Origin: a virus
Length of the DNA: 32,611 bases
Strand: one strand, 5' to 3'
IMG/VR virus record: IMGVR_UViG_3300016484_000217
Span: 1 to 32,611 of that record
Numbering within the stretch: position 1 is the stretch's first letter; every line of letters starts with the position of its first letter. The notes under the pieces are model-generated. The model ran no database searches and was not told where the DNA came from. It saw only the letters and a list, made by a program, of their open reading frames with translations. The position numbers and the translations under genes are program-made. Shown here piece by piece: positions 14,147-22,835 of this stretch.

Positions 14147-16080
14147 TGGCAAATCAAGTAGTTGGAATAAGTTTAAATGTAGATACTAGCGGTGCTGGTA
14201 AATCCGTAGGTAGTTTAAAACAACAATTAAGAGAAGCACAAGCAGAGGTAGTTGCATTAAGTGAAAAGTTTGGTGCAACATCTAAAGAAGCTATTGAAGC
14301 AGCTAAAAAGGCAGCAGATTTAAGAGATAGAATTGGAGATGCTAAAGCTTTGACCGATGCGTTTAATCCTGATGCGAAGTTTAAAGCATTTACTGCTTCT
14401 CTAAGTGCAGTTGCTGGTGGTTTCGGAGCGGTGCAAGGTGCTATAGGACTTCTTGGAGTTAAGAGTGAAGAAGTAGAAAAAACACTTTTAAAAGTTCAAA
14501 GTGCTATGGCTATCTCCGAGGGTTTACAAGCCGTAGGAGAGGGTATTGATTCATTTAAGCAATTAGGAGCAGTAATTCAATCTACTACATTATTTCAAAA
14601 AGCAAATAATGCGGTAACAATAGTTGCTGCAACTGTACAAAAAGCTTTCGGAGTTGCAACTGTTGGTGTAGGTCGAGCATTTAATGTTTTAAAGGGAGCA
14701 ATCGCTGCAACTGGTATCGGTCTATTAATCGTAGCTATTGGAACTGTAGTTACTAAATTAATGGAATGGTCGGATAGTACAAAAGATACCGAAGAAGCAC
14801 AAGCAAGATTGAATCACGAATTAGAAAAGCAAAATGAGTTATTAAAACAAAATCTAGATGAATTAGATTATGCAAATAAAGCACAGATTGCTAGAGCGAG
14901 AATAGCTGGAAAATCTGAAGCCGAGATTACAAAGATTCAAAAAGAGGGTCAGCAAAAGAGATTAGATTTACTTAAAAAAGATTTTGAACAAGCGGTAGCT
15001 AGAGAAAGTTCAGCAGATTTTGCAAAACTTGGACTTGAAGAACAAGATAGAATAAGAAAAGAAAATAGTCAAAGACAAAAAGATTATTTTAATGAAAGAG
15101 ATAAGATAGAAGCTGATGCTTTAGAGCAACAAGCTAAAACTGCGGAGAAAGCTAGAGAAAAACAAAAAGCCGATAGTGAGAAAGCTAGTGCAGATAGAAA
15201 AGCACAATTAGAAGCCGATGCAGAATGGGAAGAACAACAAAGACAATATCAAATTGATAGGTTAAGAACTCATACGGAAGAAGCTAATAAGATTAGAGAA
15301 GCTGACCTTAAAAAAATAGATGAACAATTAAAGTTAAGAGAAGAAGCTAATAAACGAGTAGCTGATGCTTGGGAAAGCACACAAGAAGATTTAATTAAAG
15401 GTGGACTTGATAGAATTAATGCTTTACAATCACAAGCTGAACAAAGAAGAACATTACTTGCTCAATACTTAGTAGGTAATCAAGCTATTGAATTAGCAAA
15501 CTTAGATGCTGAATATGAAGCTAAAAGAAAGTTAATCGCTGGAAATGAAGAAGCTGAATTAGCATTAACGGAAGATTATGAAAAAAGAAAAAAAGATGTT
15601 AAGCTAAAATATGAAAATCAAAAGCTAGAGATTGTACAAAATGGTTTAAATAATGTTGCTAATATCGTTGGTAAGCAAACGGCAGCAGGTAAGGCAATGG
15701 CAATCGCTAGTGCTACGATTGACACTTATCAGGCAGCAAACTCTGCTTTGAAAGCCGATTATGGTAAGTTTGGACCAGTATCGCAAGTGTTAAGATTTAT
15801 TGCGGTAGCTTCTACAATCGCAACTGGTATCAAGAGTATCAAGGAAATTGCTAAAACTAAAGTTCCAGGTGGTGCATCTGTTTCTACTCCAAGCTTACCG
15901 AATGTAAGTACAACCGCTCCAGTTCAACCACAAGAGCCACAAGCGATGATGACACAATTAAATCAACAATCTATTAACCAATTAGGTAGTGCAACAAGTC
16001 GTGCCTATGTAGTTGAAACTGATGTAACTAATTCACAAGAAAGAATTAAGAGAATCAATAGAGCTGCAAGATTATCATAA
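14146..16080 (+). CDS. Tape-measure-like protein (alternatively an internal/ejection protein)
   Basis: 644 aa. It has Gly/Ala-rich hydrophobic segments (AVAGGFGAVQGAIGLLG, GAIAATGIGLLIVAIGTVV), a long highly charged coiled-coil centre, and a second Ala-rich segment. Confidence 0.5.
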   Translation: MANQVVGISLNVDTSGAGKSVGSLKQQLREAQAEVVALSEKFGATSKEAIEAAKKAADLRDRIGDAKALTDAFNPDAKFKAFTASLSAVAGGFGAVQGAIGLLGVKSEEVEKTLLKVQSAMAISEGLQAVGEGIDSFKQLGAVIQSTTLFQKANNAVTIVAATVQKAFGVATVGVGRAFNVLKGAIAATGIGLLIVAIGTVVTKLMEWSDSTKDTEEAQARLNHELEKQNELLKQNLDELDYANKAQIARARIAGKSEAEITKIQKEGQQKRLDLLKKDFEQAVARESSADFAKLGLEEQDRIRKENSQRQKDYFNERDKIEADALEQQAKTAEKAREKQKADSEKASADRKAQLEADAEWEEQQRQYQIDRLRTHTEEANKIREADLKKIDEQLKLREEANKRVADAWESTQEDLIKGGLDRINALQSQAEQRRTLLAQYLVGNQAIELANLDAEYEAKRKLIAGNEEAELALTEDYEKRKKDVKLKYENQKLEIVQNGLNNVANIVGKQTAAGKAMAIASATIDTYQAANSALKADYGKFGPVSQVLRFIAVASTIATGIKSIKEIAKTKVPGGASVSTPSLPNVSTTAPVQPQEPQAMMTQLNQQSINQLGSATSRAYVVETDVTNSQERIKRINRAARLS

Positions 16081-16096
16081 ATAACTATTTAAAAGT

Positions 16097-16999
16097 ATGG
16101 AAAAGAATTTACCAATATATCGCTTAGACATTACCGAAGATATGAACTCAAATGTAGAGGTTGATTTCGTAGCTTTAGTTGATAGACCAGCGATTGAAAG
16201 AAGCTTTCTAGCATTTGCCGATTCTTATTCGGATTATCCTGATTCCGTTAAAAACAATGCTAAGAAAGTATTAAAATGGGTTGAAGAAAATGGTTGGGGT
16301 AGTTGTGGTACGGAAGTTGGGAAGATTAGAGCCAATCAATTAGCAAATGGAGAGCCAATAAGTGTAGAAACTATAAGAAGAATGTACTCTTATTTATCTA
16401 GACACGAAGTAGATTTAGATAGTTCTAAAGGATATGGAGATGGTTGTGGTAAATTAATGTATGATGCTTGGGGTGGTAAATCTGCTTTAAGTTGGGCGGA
16501 ATCTAAGCTTAAACTAATAGATAGACAAACATTTGCTATCCAAAACGAAGAAGAACATATCATCTCTGGTCCTCTAATGTTAGCAGATACACCAATTTAT
16601 AGAAACGATGGAAATGGAGAATACTATGTTGTCTTTACTAAAGATACTATTAAGAAAATTGCTCAAAAGTATTTTAAAAGGGGTTACCAAAGCAATGTAA
16701 ACTTAATGCACGATAGCGGTCAAGTTTTAGAGGGTTTAACAATGTTTGAAAGTTGGATTGTAGATAACAATAGAGGAATCAAGGCAATGAAAGGATTTGA
16801 AGATGTGAACGAGGGGTCTTGGTTTGGCTCGTTTAAAGTGGACAATCCTGAAGCTTGGAAAATGATTAAAGAGGGTAAAGTAAAAGGATTTAGTGTTGAG
16901 GGAATCTTCAATTATTCTAAGAATCCAGTATCACAAGAATATAGAGAAGCTGAAAAGCTTATGAACGCAATAATTGACATTTTAAGTCAAGTAGATTAA
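16097..16999 (+). CDS. XkdF-like prohead protease family protein with an inserted domain
   Basis: 300 aa. The N-terminus VDFVALVDRPAIERSFLAF and the C-terminus ...NLMHDSG...KVKGFSVEGIF fit the XkdF-type pattern. An insert of roughly 100 aa (WGSCGTEVGKIRANQLANGEPISVETIRRMYSYLSRHEVD...) lies between them. Confidence 0.55.
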   Translation: MEKNLPIYRLDITEDMNSNVEVDFVALVDRPAIERSFLAFADSYSDYPDSVKNNAKKVLKWVEENGWGSCGTEVGKIRANQLANGEPISVETIRRMYSYLSRHEVDLDSSKGYGDGCGKLMYDAWGGKSALSWAESKLKLIDRQTFAIQNEEEHIISGPLMLADTPIYRNDGNGEYYVVFTKDTIKKIAQKYFKRGYQSNVNLMHDSGQVLEGLTMFESWIVDNNRGIKAMKGFEDVNEGSWFGSFKVDNPEAWKMIKEGKVKGFSVEGIFNYSKNPVSQEYREAEKLMNAIIDILSQVD

Positions 17000-17025
17000 C
17001 TTTTTTCATAGTGTTTTGTTTGATT

Positions 17026-17056
17026 AAGGGTGGTATTTCTATACTGCCCTTTTTTC
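17026..17056 (+). terminator. Rho-independent terminator
   Basis: Stem AAGGGTGGTAT / ATACTGCCCTT (two G-U pairs), loop TTCT, followed by a T-run. Confidence 0.6.
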
Positions 17057-17111
17057 TATGTTGCATAGTGAGTTACGCATTACTATTTATGGTTAAAATC
17101 AAATTAATTTT

Positions 17112-17711
17112 ATGACTCCTCTAGAAGCTTTAACAAAGATTAAGGAGATGTTCGCTGAAGTTCCAGCACCGGCTATGCCACCTGCTGAAATGCCAGTTGA
17201 AACTCCAGAAGCACCAGAGGTTGAGTACAAAGAATATGTACTTGACAATGGTAGCAAAGTTCTTGTTGATAAGCTAGAAGTAGGCGGTTGTGTAATGTTA
17301 GTTGATGAAAGTGGTACTCAAACTCCTGCACCTGCTGGAGAGCATATCCTTGCTGATGGAACTAAATTAGTTCTTGATGATATGGGTTGCATTATGGAAA
17401 TCACTTTACCAACTCCAGTACAACCTGAAGCACCAGCACATGACCAAACTGCTATGGCTTCAGAGAAAATCGCTAAACTTGAAGCTGAATTGACAGAATT
17501 AAAAAAGGCAGTACAATGCCAAGCTGATGATTTTGTTGCTAATAACAACAAGTTTTCACAAGCGATGAAAGAAATGAGCGATGCAGTTATTGAACTTATC
17601 AACTCTGCTTCTGCTACTCCTACTGAAACTCCAAAAGAGAAATTTAACACTCACATTGAAAGCAAACAAGATAAGATAAACAATTTCTTATCAAAGTATG
17701 CTAACAAGTAA
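17112..17711 (+). CDS. Scaffolding-like protein
   Basis: 199 aa and acidic. It has a Pro/Ala/Glu-rich N-terminus (PAPAMPPAEMPVETPEAPE) and a coiled coil KIAKLEAELTELKK. It lies between the protease and capsid genes. Confidence 0.45.
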   Translation: MTPLEALTKIKEMFAEVPAPAMPPAEMPVETPEAPEVEYKEYVLDNGSKVLVDKLEVGGCVMLVDESGTQTPAPAGEHILADGTKLVLDDMGCIMEITLPTPVQPEAPAHDQTAMASEKIAKLEAELTELKKAVQCQADDFVANNNKFSQAMKEMSDAVIELINSASATPTETPKEKFNTHIESKQDKINNFLSKYANK

Positions 17712-17744
17712 TCTTTTTTTTAAAAACAATAAAAACAAATAACA

Positions 17745-18686
17745 ATGGCTTTTGATGTTTCTGCATTAAGCAATTATACTAAAGAGAACGAAGCTCTATT
17801 AGTAACTTCTTCCGTTTTAGGAAGTAAAACAGCTTCTTTGATTAAAGACCAAGGAAATGTTATGGTAGGTGTAAAATCTGCCGAGAAAATCAACATTATG
17901 GACACAGATGCGTTCTTCCAAAGTGGTGGAACTTGCGGATTCAATGCAAGTGGTACAACTACTTTCACTCAAAGAACTGTAACTGTTGGTAAGGTAAAAG
18001 TAAATGAAGCACTTTGTCCTAAAGATTTAGAGAGCAAATATCTTCAGAAAGCTTTACCAGAGGGTAGCCGTTACGATTCAATCGCTTTCGCACAACAGTA
18101 CTCTGACAAGAAAGCTGCTCGTATCGCTTCACAAGTTGAAACTGCAATCTGGCAAGGAGATACTTCTTCTGCTACTGCAAACCTTAACAAGTGGGATGGT
18201 TTCGTTAAGTTGATTGGTACTTCAGCAGTTGAAGCTAACAACACAACTTACTATGGTACTCCAGCAACTTCAATCACTTCTGCAAATGTAGTAGCGATTT
18301 TTGATGCTCTTTACAAAGCAATCCCTGCTTCTGTAGTTGCTAAAGATGATATGACTATCTTCTGCGGTCAAGATGTATTCCGTACTTATACTATCGCTTT
18401 GAAAAATGCGAATATGTATAATTACGCATTTGATGGTAAAGCTGATAGCGAGTTCTATCTTCCAGGTACTCCAATTAAGGTTGTTGCTACTCCAGGTTTG
18501 AATGGTGTTTCTAAGCTTTATGCTTTGAGAACAAGCAATATGTTCTTAGGTACAGACCTTTTGAACGAAGAAGAAAAATTTGAAATCTTCTACGCAAAAG
18601 AAGCTGACCAAGTTCGTTTTGTTAGTGAGTTCAAGATTGGTGTGAATGTAGCTTTCCTTGATGAAGTAGCTTCTTTCATTATCTAA
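17745..18686 (+). CDS. Major capsid protein
   Basis: 313 aa immediately after the scaffold-like gene. Its composition is less AT-biased than its neighbours (by eye). A strong terminator follows. The sequence pattern (..ETAIWQGDTS..WDGFVKLIG..) is capsid-like. Confidence 0.65.
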   Translation: MAFDVSALSNYTKENEALLVTSSVLGSKTASLIKDQGNVMVGVKSAEKINIMDTDAFFQSGGTCGFNASGTTTFTQRTVTVGKVKVNEALCPKDLESKYLQKALPEGSRYDSIAFAQQYSDKKAARIASQVETAIWQGDTSSATANLNKWDGFVKLIGTSAVEANNTTYYGTPATSITSANVVAIFDALYKAIPASVVAKDDMTIFCGQDVFRTYTIALKNANMYNYAFDGKADSEFYLPGTPIKVVATPGLNGVSKLYALRTSNMFLGTDLLNEEEKFEIFYAKEADQVRFVSEFKIGVNVAFLDEVASFII

Positions 18687-18694
18687 TTATACGA

Positions 18695-18725
18695 GTAGGT
18701 AGTTCTTCGGAACTACTTACTTTTT
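18695..18725 (+). terminator. Rho-independent terminator after the capsid gene
   Basis: Stem GTAGGTAGTTC / GAACTACTTAC (one G-U pair), loop TTCG, then TTTTT. Confidence 0.75.
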
Positions 18726-18752
18726 CACTTAACTAATTAAAACTTAAATAAA

Positions 18753-19265
18753 ATGGCTTGTGCTTTAACGCAAGGATACACACTTGATTGTAAAGATAGT
18801 TTAGGTGGCATCAAAGCGGTTTGGTTTATCTCTAGTGCAAATGTATCTAGTATAACCGAAGCTTCTGGTGTTGTTTCTGCTATCACTAAAGCAAGTGGTA
18901 AAGTATTCTATAAATATGAATTAGTTAAGAATACTGGTAGTTTGACTGAAACAATTACTGCTTCCGTAGAAAATGGAACTGTATATTATGCACAAGAATT
19001 ATCAATCATTCTTAATAAATTACAAGCTAATACAAGAAACGAAATCTTGTTATTGGCTAAGAATAACCTATTGGCAGTTGTCCAAGATTCTAACGACAAA
19101 TATTGGTTGTTAGGTAGAGTTCAAGGACTAGACATCACTGGCGGTACGAGTGCAACTGGTACTGCACAAGGCGATAGAAGTGGTTATACATTGACTTTCA
19201 CTGGTGGCGAGAAAGAACTTGCTCCAGAAGTAAATTCTAGTGTAATTGCTGGTCTAACTGCTTAA
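18753..19265 (+). CDS. Abundant virion protein, tail-tube-like
   Basis: 170 aa. The pattern CKDSLGGIKAVWF...YWLLGRVQGLDITGGTSATGTAQGDRSGYTLTFTGGEKELAPEV recalls major tail proteins. It is flanked by terminators. Confidence 0.45.
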   Translation: MACALTQGYTLDCKDSLGGIKAVWFISSANVSSITEASGVVSAITKASGKVFYKYELVKNTGSLTETITASVENGTVYYAQELSIILNKLQANTRNEILLLAKNNLLAVVQDSNDKYWLLGRVQGLDITGGTSATGTAQGDRSGYTLTFTGGEKELAPEVNSSVIAGLTA

Positions 19266-19300
19266 TCTAGCTTTCGTGGTTCGTTATAGGTAGGTAGATT

Positions 19301-19330
19301 GCCACTCCTTATGGGGTGGCTTTTTATTTT
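19301..19330 (+). terminator. Rho-independent terminator
   Basis: Stem GCCACTCC / GGGGTGGC (one G-U pair), loop TTAT, then TTTTTATTTT. Confidence 0.75.
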
Positions 19331-19361
19331 GTAAAATTCCTTAAAATCTCTATATATTGTT

Positions 19362-19736
19362 ATGATATACTTCACAAAAGGACAAACTAACGAAATTATC
19401 CTTACTTTAAAGGAGAAGCAGACCTTGGATAGTCCTAATTTCTTGTTCGTATTTACACATAGGGGAACGAATACGATAGTAAAATTTGTCAAGTTAAATA
19501 ATACGGATACTTCACTATATAAAGATAGATTCAATAGTTTTTCAATTTTAACGAATACATATTTTCAAAGTTCTCAATTAGGCGAATGGGAATACGAGAT
19601 TTACGAGCAAACTAGTAGTACAAATACAGACCCTAGTTTAGCTACTAAGCTTCTAGAAACTGGAATTATGCGTTTAAATGGAGATGCTATGGAATATACG
19701 CAATACGAAACAAATAATACATTCATAACAAGATGA
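19362..19736 (+). CDS. Hypothetical virion-module protein
   Basis: 124 aa. ATGA overlap with the portal gene start. Confidence 0.5.
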   Translation: MIYFTKGQTNEIILTLKEKQTLDSPNFLFVFTHRGTNTIVKFVKLNNTDTSLYKDRFNSFSILTNTYFQSSQLGEWEYEIYEQTSSTNTDPSLATKLLETGIMRLNGDAMEYTQYETNNTFITR

Positions 19737-21709
19737 TGGATAATTTAGTCATATTAAGATTTGCTGAAGCAAAGCAACCTGAATATAGAGAAAGAAAAGG
19801 ACAAGGATATATTGAGTTCGGAGAAAGAAACGATTATCCTAACTATTTACTTTCTTTATATAATAAAAGTGCAAAGCACAATGCTATTGTACGAGGTAAA
19901 GTAAACTATATTACTGGTAATGGTTGGACTACAAAAGAATCCGACCCTAAAGCCGATTTATTTATTAATGCACCGAATCCGTTTGAAAGCTTAAACGATT
20001 TAACTCGTAAAGTTTCAATAGATATTGAGTTATTTGGTGGTGCTTATTTAGAGATTATTTGGTCTAAAGTAGGTGGTATGATTTCTTCTATTAATCATAT
20101 TGACTACACTAAAATCCGTTCTAATAAGGATAATACGCAGTTTTGGTACAAAGATTGGTCTGATAGAAAAGAGCAACCAGAGGTAATAAATGCCTTTAAT
20201 ACGGGTTTAAGAAAAGGTAAGCAAATTCTTTACATTAAGGAATATAGACCAGGATTAGACACTTATTCGCTTCCAGGATACATTGGAGCATTGAATTATA
20301 TTGAAAGTGATGTTGAGGTTAGTAAGCATTGCTTAGGTAATGCACAAACTGGTTTCTCTGCAAGTAAGTTAATTACCTTACCTAATGGAGAGCCAACACC
20401 TGACGAAAAGAGAAACATTGAAAGAAGATTTACCGATAGATTTAGTGGTAGCGATGGAAAGAAGTTTATTCTTTCTTTTGTTCAAGATATTGGTAAAAAG
20501 CCGGTAGTTGATGATTTAGGTGCTTCGGATTTAACTAAAGAAGATTTTACGCAAGTAGATACGATGATTCAGCAAAACCTATTTGCTGGACATCAAATTA
20601 CTGCTCCTGACCTTTTTGGTATTTCAACTCCAGGTCAATTAGGTAGTAGAAACCAAATTAGAGATGCTTATGAAATCTTCAAGAATACTTATGTAAATGA
20701 TAAGCAACAATTCTTAGAGAGTATTTTTAATCAATTAGCAAGAATTAATGGTGTTACACAAGAATTATATATCCAACCTGTTGAGCCGATTTCTTTTGAA
20801 TTTAGTGAAAATATCATATCTCAATTTGCACCTAAAGATTGGATTTTAGAAAAGATTGGTGTTGATATGAGTAAGTATCAACCAACTCCTGATGTTACTA
20901 CTGCTCCTGCTAATGCTCAAACTATGATTAACGAGCATTTAAAAGGAATGAAAGGTAGAGAGTGGCAAAACTTCCAAAGAATTATTCGTGATTTCAATAA
21001 AGGAAAGATAACTAGAGAACAAGCGGTACAAATGCTTCAAAGTGGATTTGGATTAGATAATGAATCTATTTCTACTTGGTTAGGTCAAGAAGAATTTAAT
21101 GCTAATGATATTGATTCCATTATTTCCATTTTTGACGAATATGGAGTGAGTAGCGAAGAATTTAATGTAATAGCTACAAGACAAGTTTTTAGTTCCGATA
21201 ATATAGAAAGCGAAGAATTAGCTTTTGCTACTTCGGTTTTAGAAGATAGTTTAGATAAGAAGATTGTAGATATTATCGCTAAGAATAAGAGAATACCGCC
21301 AGAGGATATTGCTAAAGCTTTAAAAGTACAAGTTGAAGAAGTACAAACAAGATTGAGCAAGTTAGAAGAAATGGGAATTGTTAAGTACAATCCCGATACT
21401 AAGGTTTCTAATTTAACTAAATCTTTAAGTGAAATTTTAGATAGTCCACAAAAAACTACTTTTTTAATTAGATACTCGTATGAGTGGAAGCCAGAGATTC
21501 CTTATGGAGAAAGAAACTCAAATGCACACCCTAGCAGACCTTTCTGCGTTAAGTTAATGCAATTAAATAGATTCTATTCTAGAGCAGATATTGAGCAATT
21601 AACTCAAAGATTAGGATATGATGTATTCGCTAGAGGTGGCGGTTGGTGGGGAGATTCTCCAAGTTGCAGACATCGTTGGGTAAGCAAGATTGTTGTCAAG
21701 AAAAATTAA
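19733..21709 (+). CDS. Portal protein fused to a wHTH-like segment and a MuF/SPP1-gp7-like C-terminal domain
   Basis: 658 aa. The first ~370 aa or so are portal-like. KKIVDIIAKNKRIPPEDIAKALKVQVEEVQTRLSKLEEMGIVKY is winged-helix-like. The C-terminus SRPFCVKLMQLNRFYSRADIEQL...GGGWWGDSPSCRHRW is MuF-like. Confidence 0.6.
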   Translation: MMDNLVILRFAEAKQPEYRERKGQGYIEFGERNDYPNYLLSLYNKSAKHNAIVRGKVNYITGNGWTTKESDPKADLFINAPNPFESLNDLTRKVSIDIELFGGAYLEIIWSKVGGMISSINHIDYTKIRSNKDNTQFWYKDWSDRKEQPEVINAFNTGLRKGKQILYIKEYRPGLDTYSLPGYIGALNYIESDVEVSKHCLGNAQTGFSASKLITLPNGEPTPDEKRNIERRFTDRFSGSDGKKFILSFVQDIGKKPVVDDLGASDLTKEDFTQVDTMIQQNLFAGHQITAPDLFGISTPGQLGSRNQIRDAYEIFKNTYVNDKQQFLESIFNQLARINGVTQELYIQPVEPISFEFSENIISQFAPKDWILEKIGVDMSKYQPTPDVTTAPANAQTMINEHLKGMKGREWQNFQRIIRDFNKGKITREQAVQMLQSGFGLDNESISTWLGQEEFNANDIDSIISIFDEYGVSSEEFNVIATRQVFSSDNIESEELAFATSVLEDSLDKKIVDIIAKNKRIPPEDIAKALKVQVEEVQTRLSKLEEMGIVKYNPDTKVSNLTKSLSEILDSPQKTTFLIRYSYEWKPEIPYGERNSNAHPSRPFCVKLMQLNRFYSRADIEQLTQRLGYDVFARGGGWWGDSPSCRHRWVSKIVVKKN

Positions 21710-21714
21710 AATAA

Positions 21715-22305
21715 ATGAGCAGAAATATATTATTCATTTCAGTAAGCACAATAAAAGATAGAAGCGGATTACATAACAATACCGATGATAAGTTAGTAAA
21801 TCCAGAGATTTTAGCTTCGCAAGATATGTTCATTCTTCCAGCTTTGGGTACGGCATTATATAATCGCTTACAAGATGGAATTGAAAACAATGATTTGACT
21901 TCTTTAGAGCAAGAAATTTTAGATACTTACATAACTCCAACTTTGGTATATTATGTTTTAGCCGAACTTCCAATGGGATTAAGTTATCAATTTTACAATA
22001 AAGGATTGATTCGTAAAAGTGGAGATGGACAAGAAAATCCTAGTTCTAGTGAAATGATTGAAGTAGCCGATAGATATAGAGCGAGAGCGGAATTTTACAA
22101 GCAAAGATTAGTTAAATTTTTAAGAGAAAAAGCGGTTAAAGGATTGCTTCCTCTTTACTTGAATCCTGGAAACACGATTGATACTATGATTCCGGAGTTT
22201 CAAGCTTATACTACATCTATTTGGCTAGGAGATACGGATTGTTGCAAGGGTAAATCTTTTGAAGAAAAATATCAAGGTAACATAAATCGTTGTTGTGGCG
22301 AATAA
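21715..22305 (+). CDS. Head-tail connector/adaptor-like protein with a Cys-rich tail
   Basis: 196 aa. The N-terminal pattern (VNPEILASQDMFILPALGTALYNRL) is typical of gp6-like adaptors. The C-terminus reads DTDCCKGKS...NRCCGE. Confidence 0.4.
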   Translation: MSRNILFISVSTIKDRSGLHNNTDDKLVNPEILASQDMFILPALGTALYNRLQDGIENNDLTSLEQEILDTYITPTLVYYVLAELPMGLSYQFYNKGLIRKSGDGQENPSSSEMIEVADRYRARAEFYKQRLVKFLREKAVKGLLPLYLNPGNTIDTMIPEFQAYTTSIWLGDTDCCKGKSFEEKYQGNINRCCGE

Positions 22306-22361
22306 AACATACTCGTTAAAAAATCAAAAGAAACTTAAAGTTTTTTTAGAAAAACAAGAAA

Positions 22362-22820
22362 ATGGCACAAACTCTAACCTTAAATCAAGTGGTGGACACT
22401 ATAACGCAAATAGCGACTGCTCACAAGCAGATAAAGAGTGTTTACTTCGGAGATATAGCCGACTATCTAAGCAAAGGAACGGATAACATATATCCATCGT
22501 TATACTACGATGTAACTGGAGCAAACATTCAAGGTAAATCACTTACTTTGAATTTTTCGCTTTATTTCTTTGATAGAATGTTAGCCGAAAATACTAACGA
22601 AACCGAAGTACTTTCGGATATGCTAGAAGTGGCACAAGATATTTTAGCACAATTAAAATACAATAATTTCATTTTTGATGAAATGACAAGTGCTACTATT
22701 TCGTTTATTACGGAAGATACACCTGATTTATTAGCTGGAGTTAAGGTAGATATGGCTTTAGATATTCCATTCTTAGCCGATAGATGCCAAGTTCCAACTA
22801 CTTACACATATCCTCAATAA
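22362..22820 (+). CDS. Neck/tail-joining structural protein
   Basis: 152 aa lying between the adaptor-like and fibre genes. No specific motif recognised. Confidence 0.35.
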   Translation: MAQTLTLNQVVDTITQIATAHKQIKSVYFGDIADYLSKGTDNIYPSLYYDVTGANIQGKSLTLNFSLYFFDRMLAENTNETEVLSDMLEVAQDILAQLKYNNFIFDEMTSATISFITEDTPDLLAGVKVDMALDIPFLADRCQVPTTYTYPQ

Positions 22821-22835
22821 TTCTATTTATAGCAA

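Noticed and set aside
17318-17650. 110-aa minus-strand ORF nested in the scaffold-like gene
   Set aside because: It is entirely antisense to a well-supported late gene in a unidirectional arm. Its Ser/Ala/Cys-rich, low-complexity translation is typical of the reverse complement of an Ala/Glu-rich gene. It has no plausible start context.
19262-19534. 90-aa minus-strand ORF spanning the 19266..19361 intergenic region
   Set aside because: It runs antisense through a rho-independent terminator and into the start of ORF 19362. Its orientation is opposite to the whole 25-kb arm, and its Cys/Phe/Leu-rich composition is typical of spurious AT-rich ORFs.
22295-22486. 63-aa GTG-initiated ORF overlapping the start of 22362..22820
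   Set aside because: It has a non-ATG start and overlaps a better-supported ATG ORF out of frame. Its basic, low-complexity sequence leaves no room in the operon logic.
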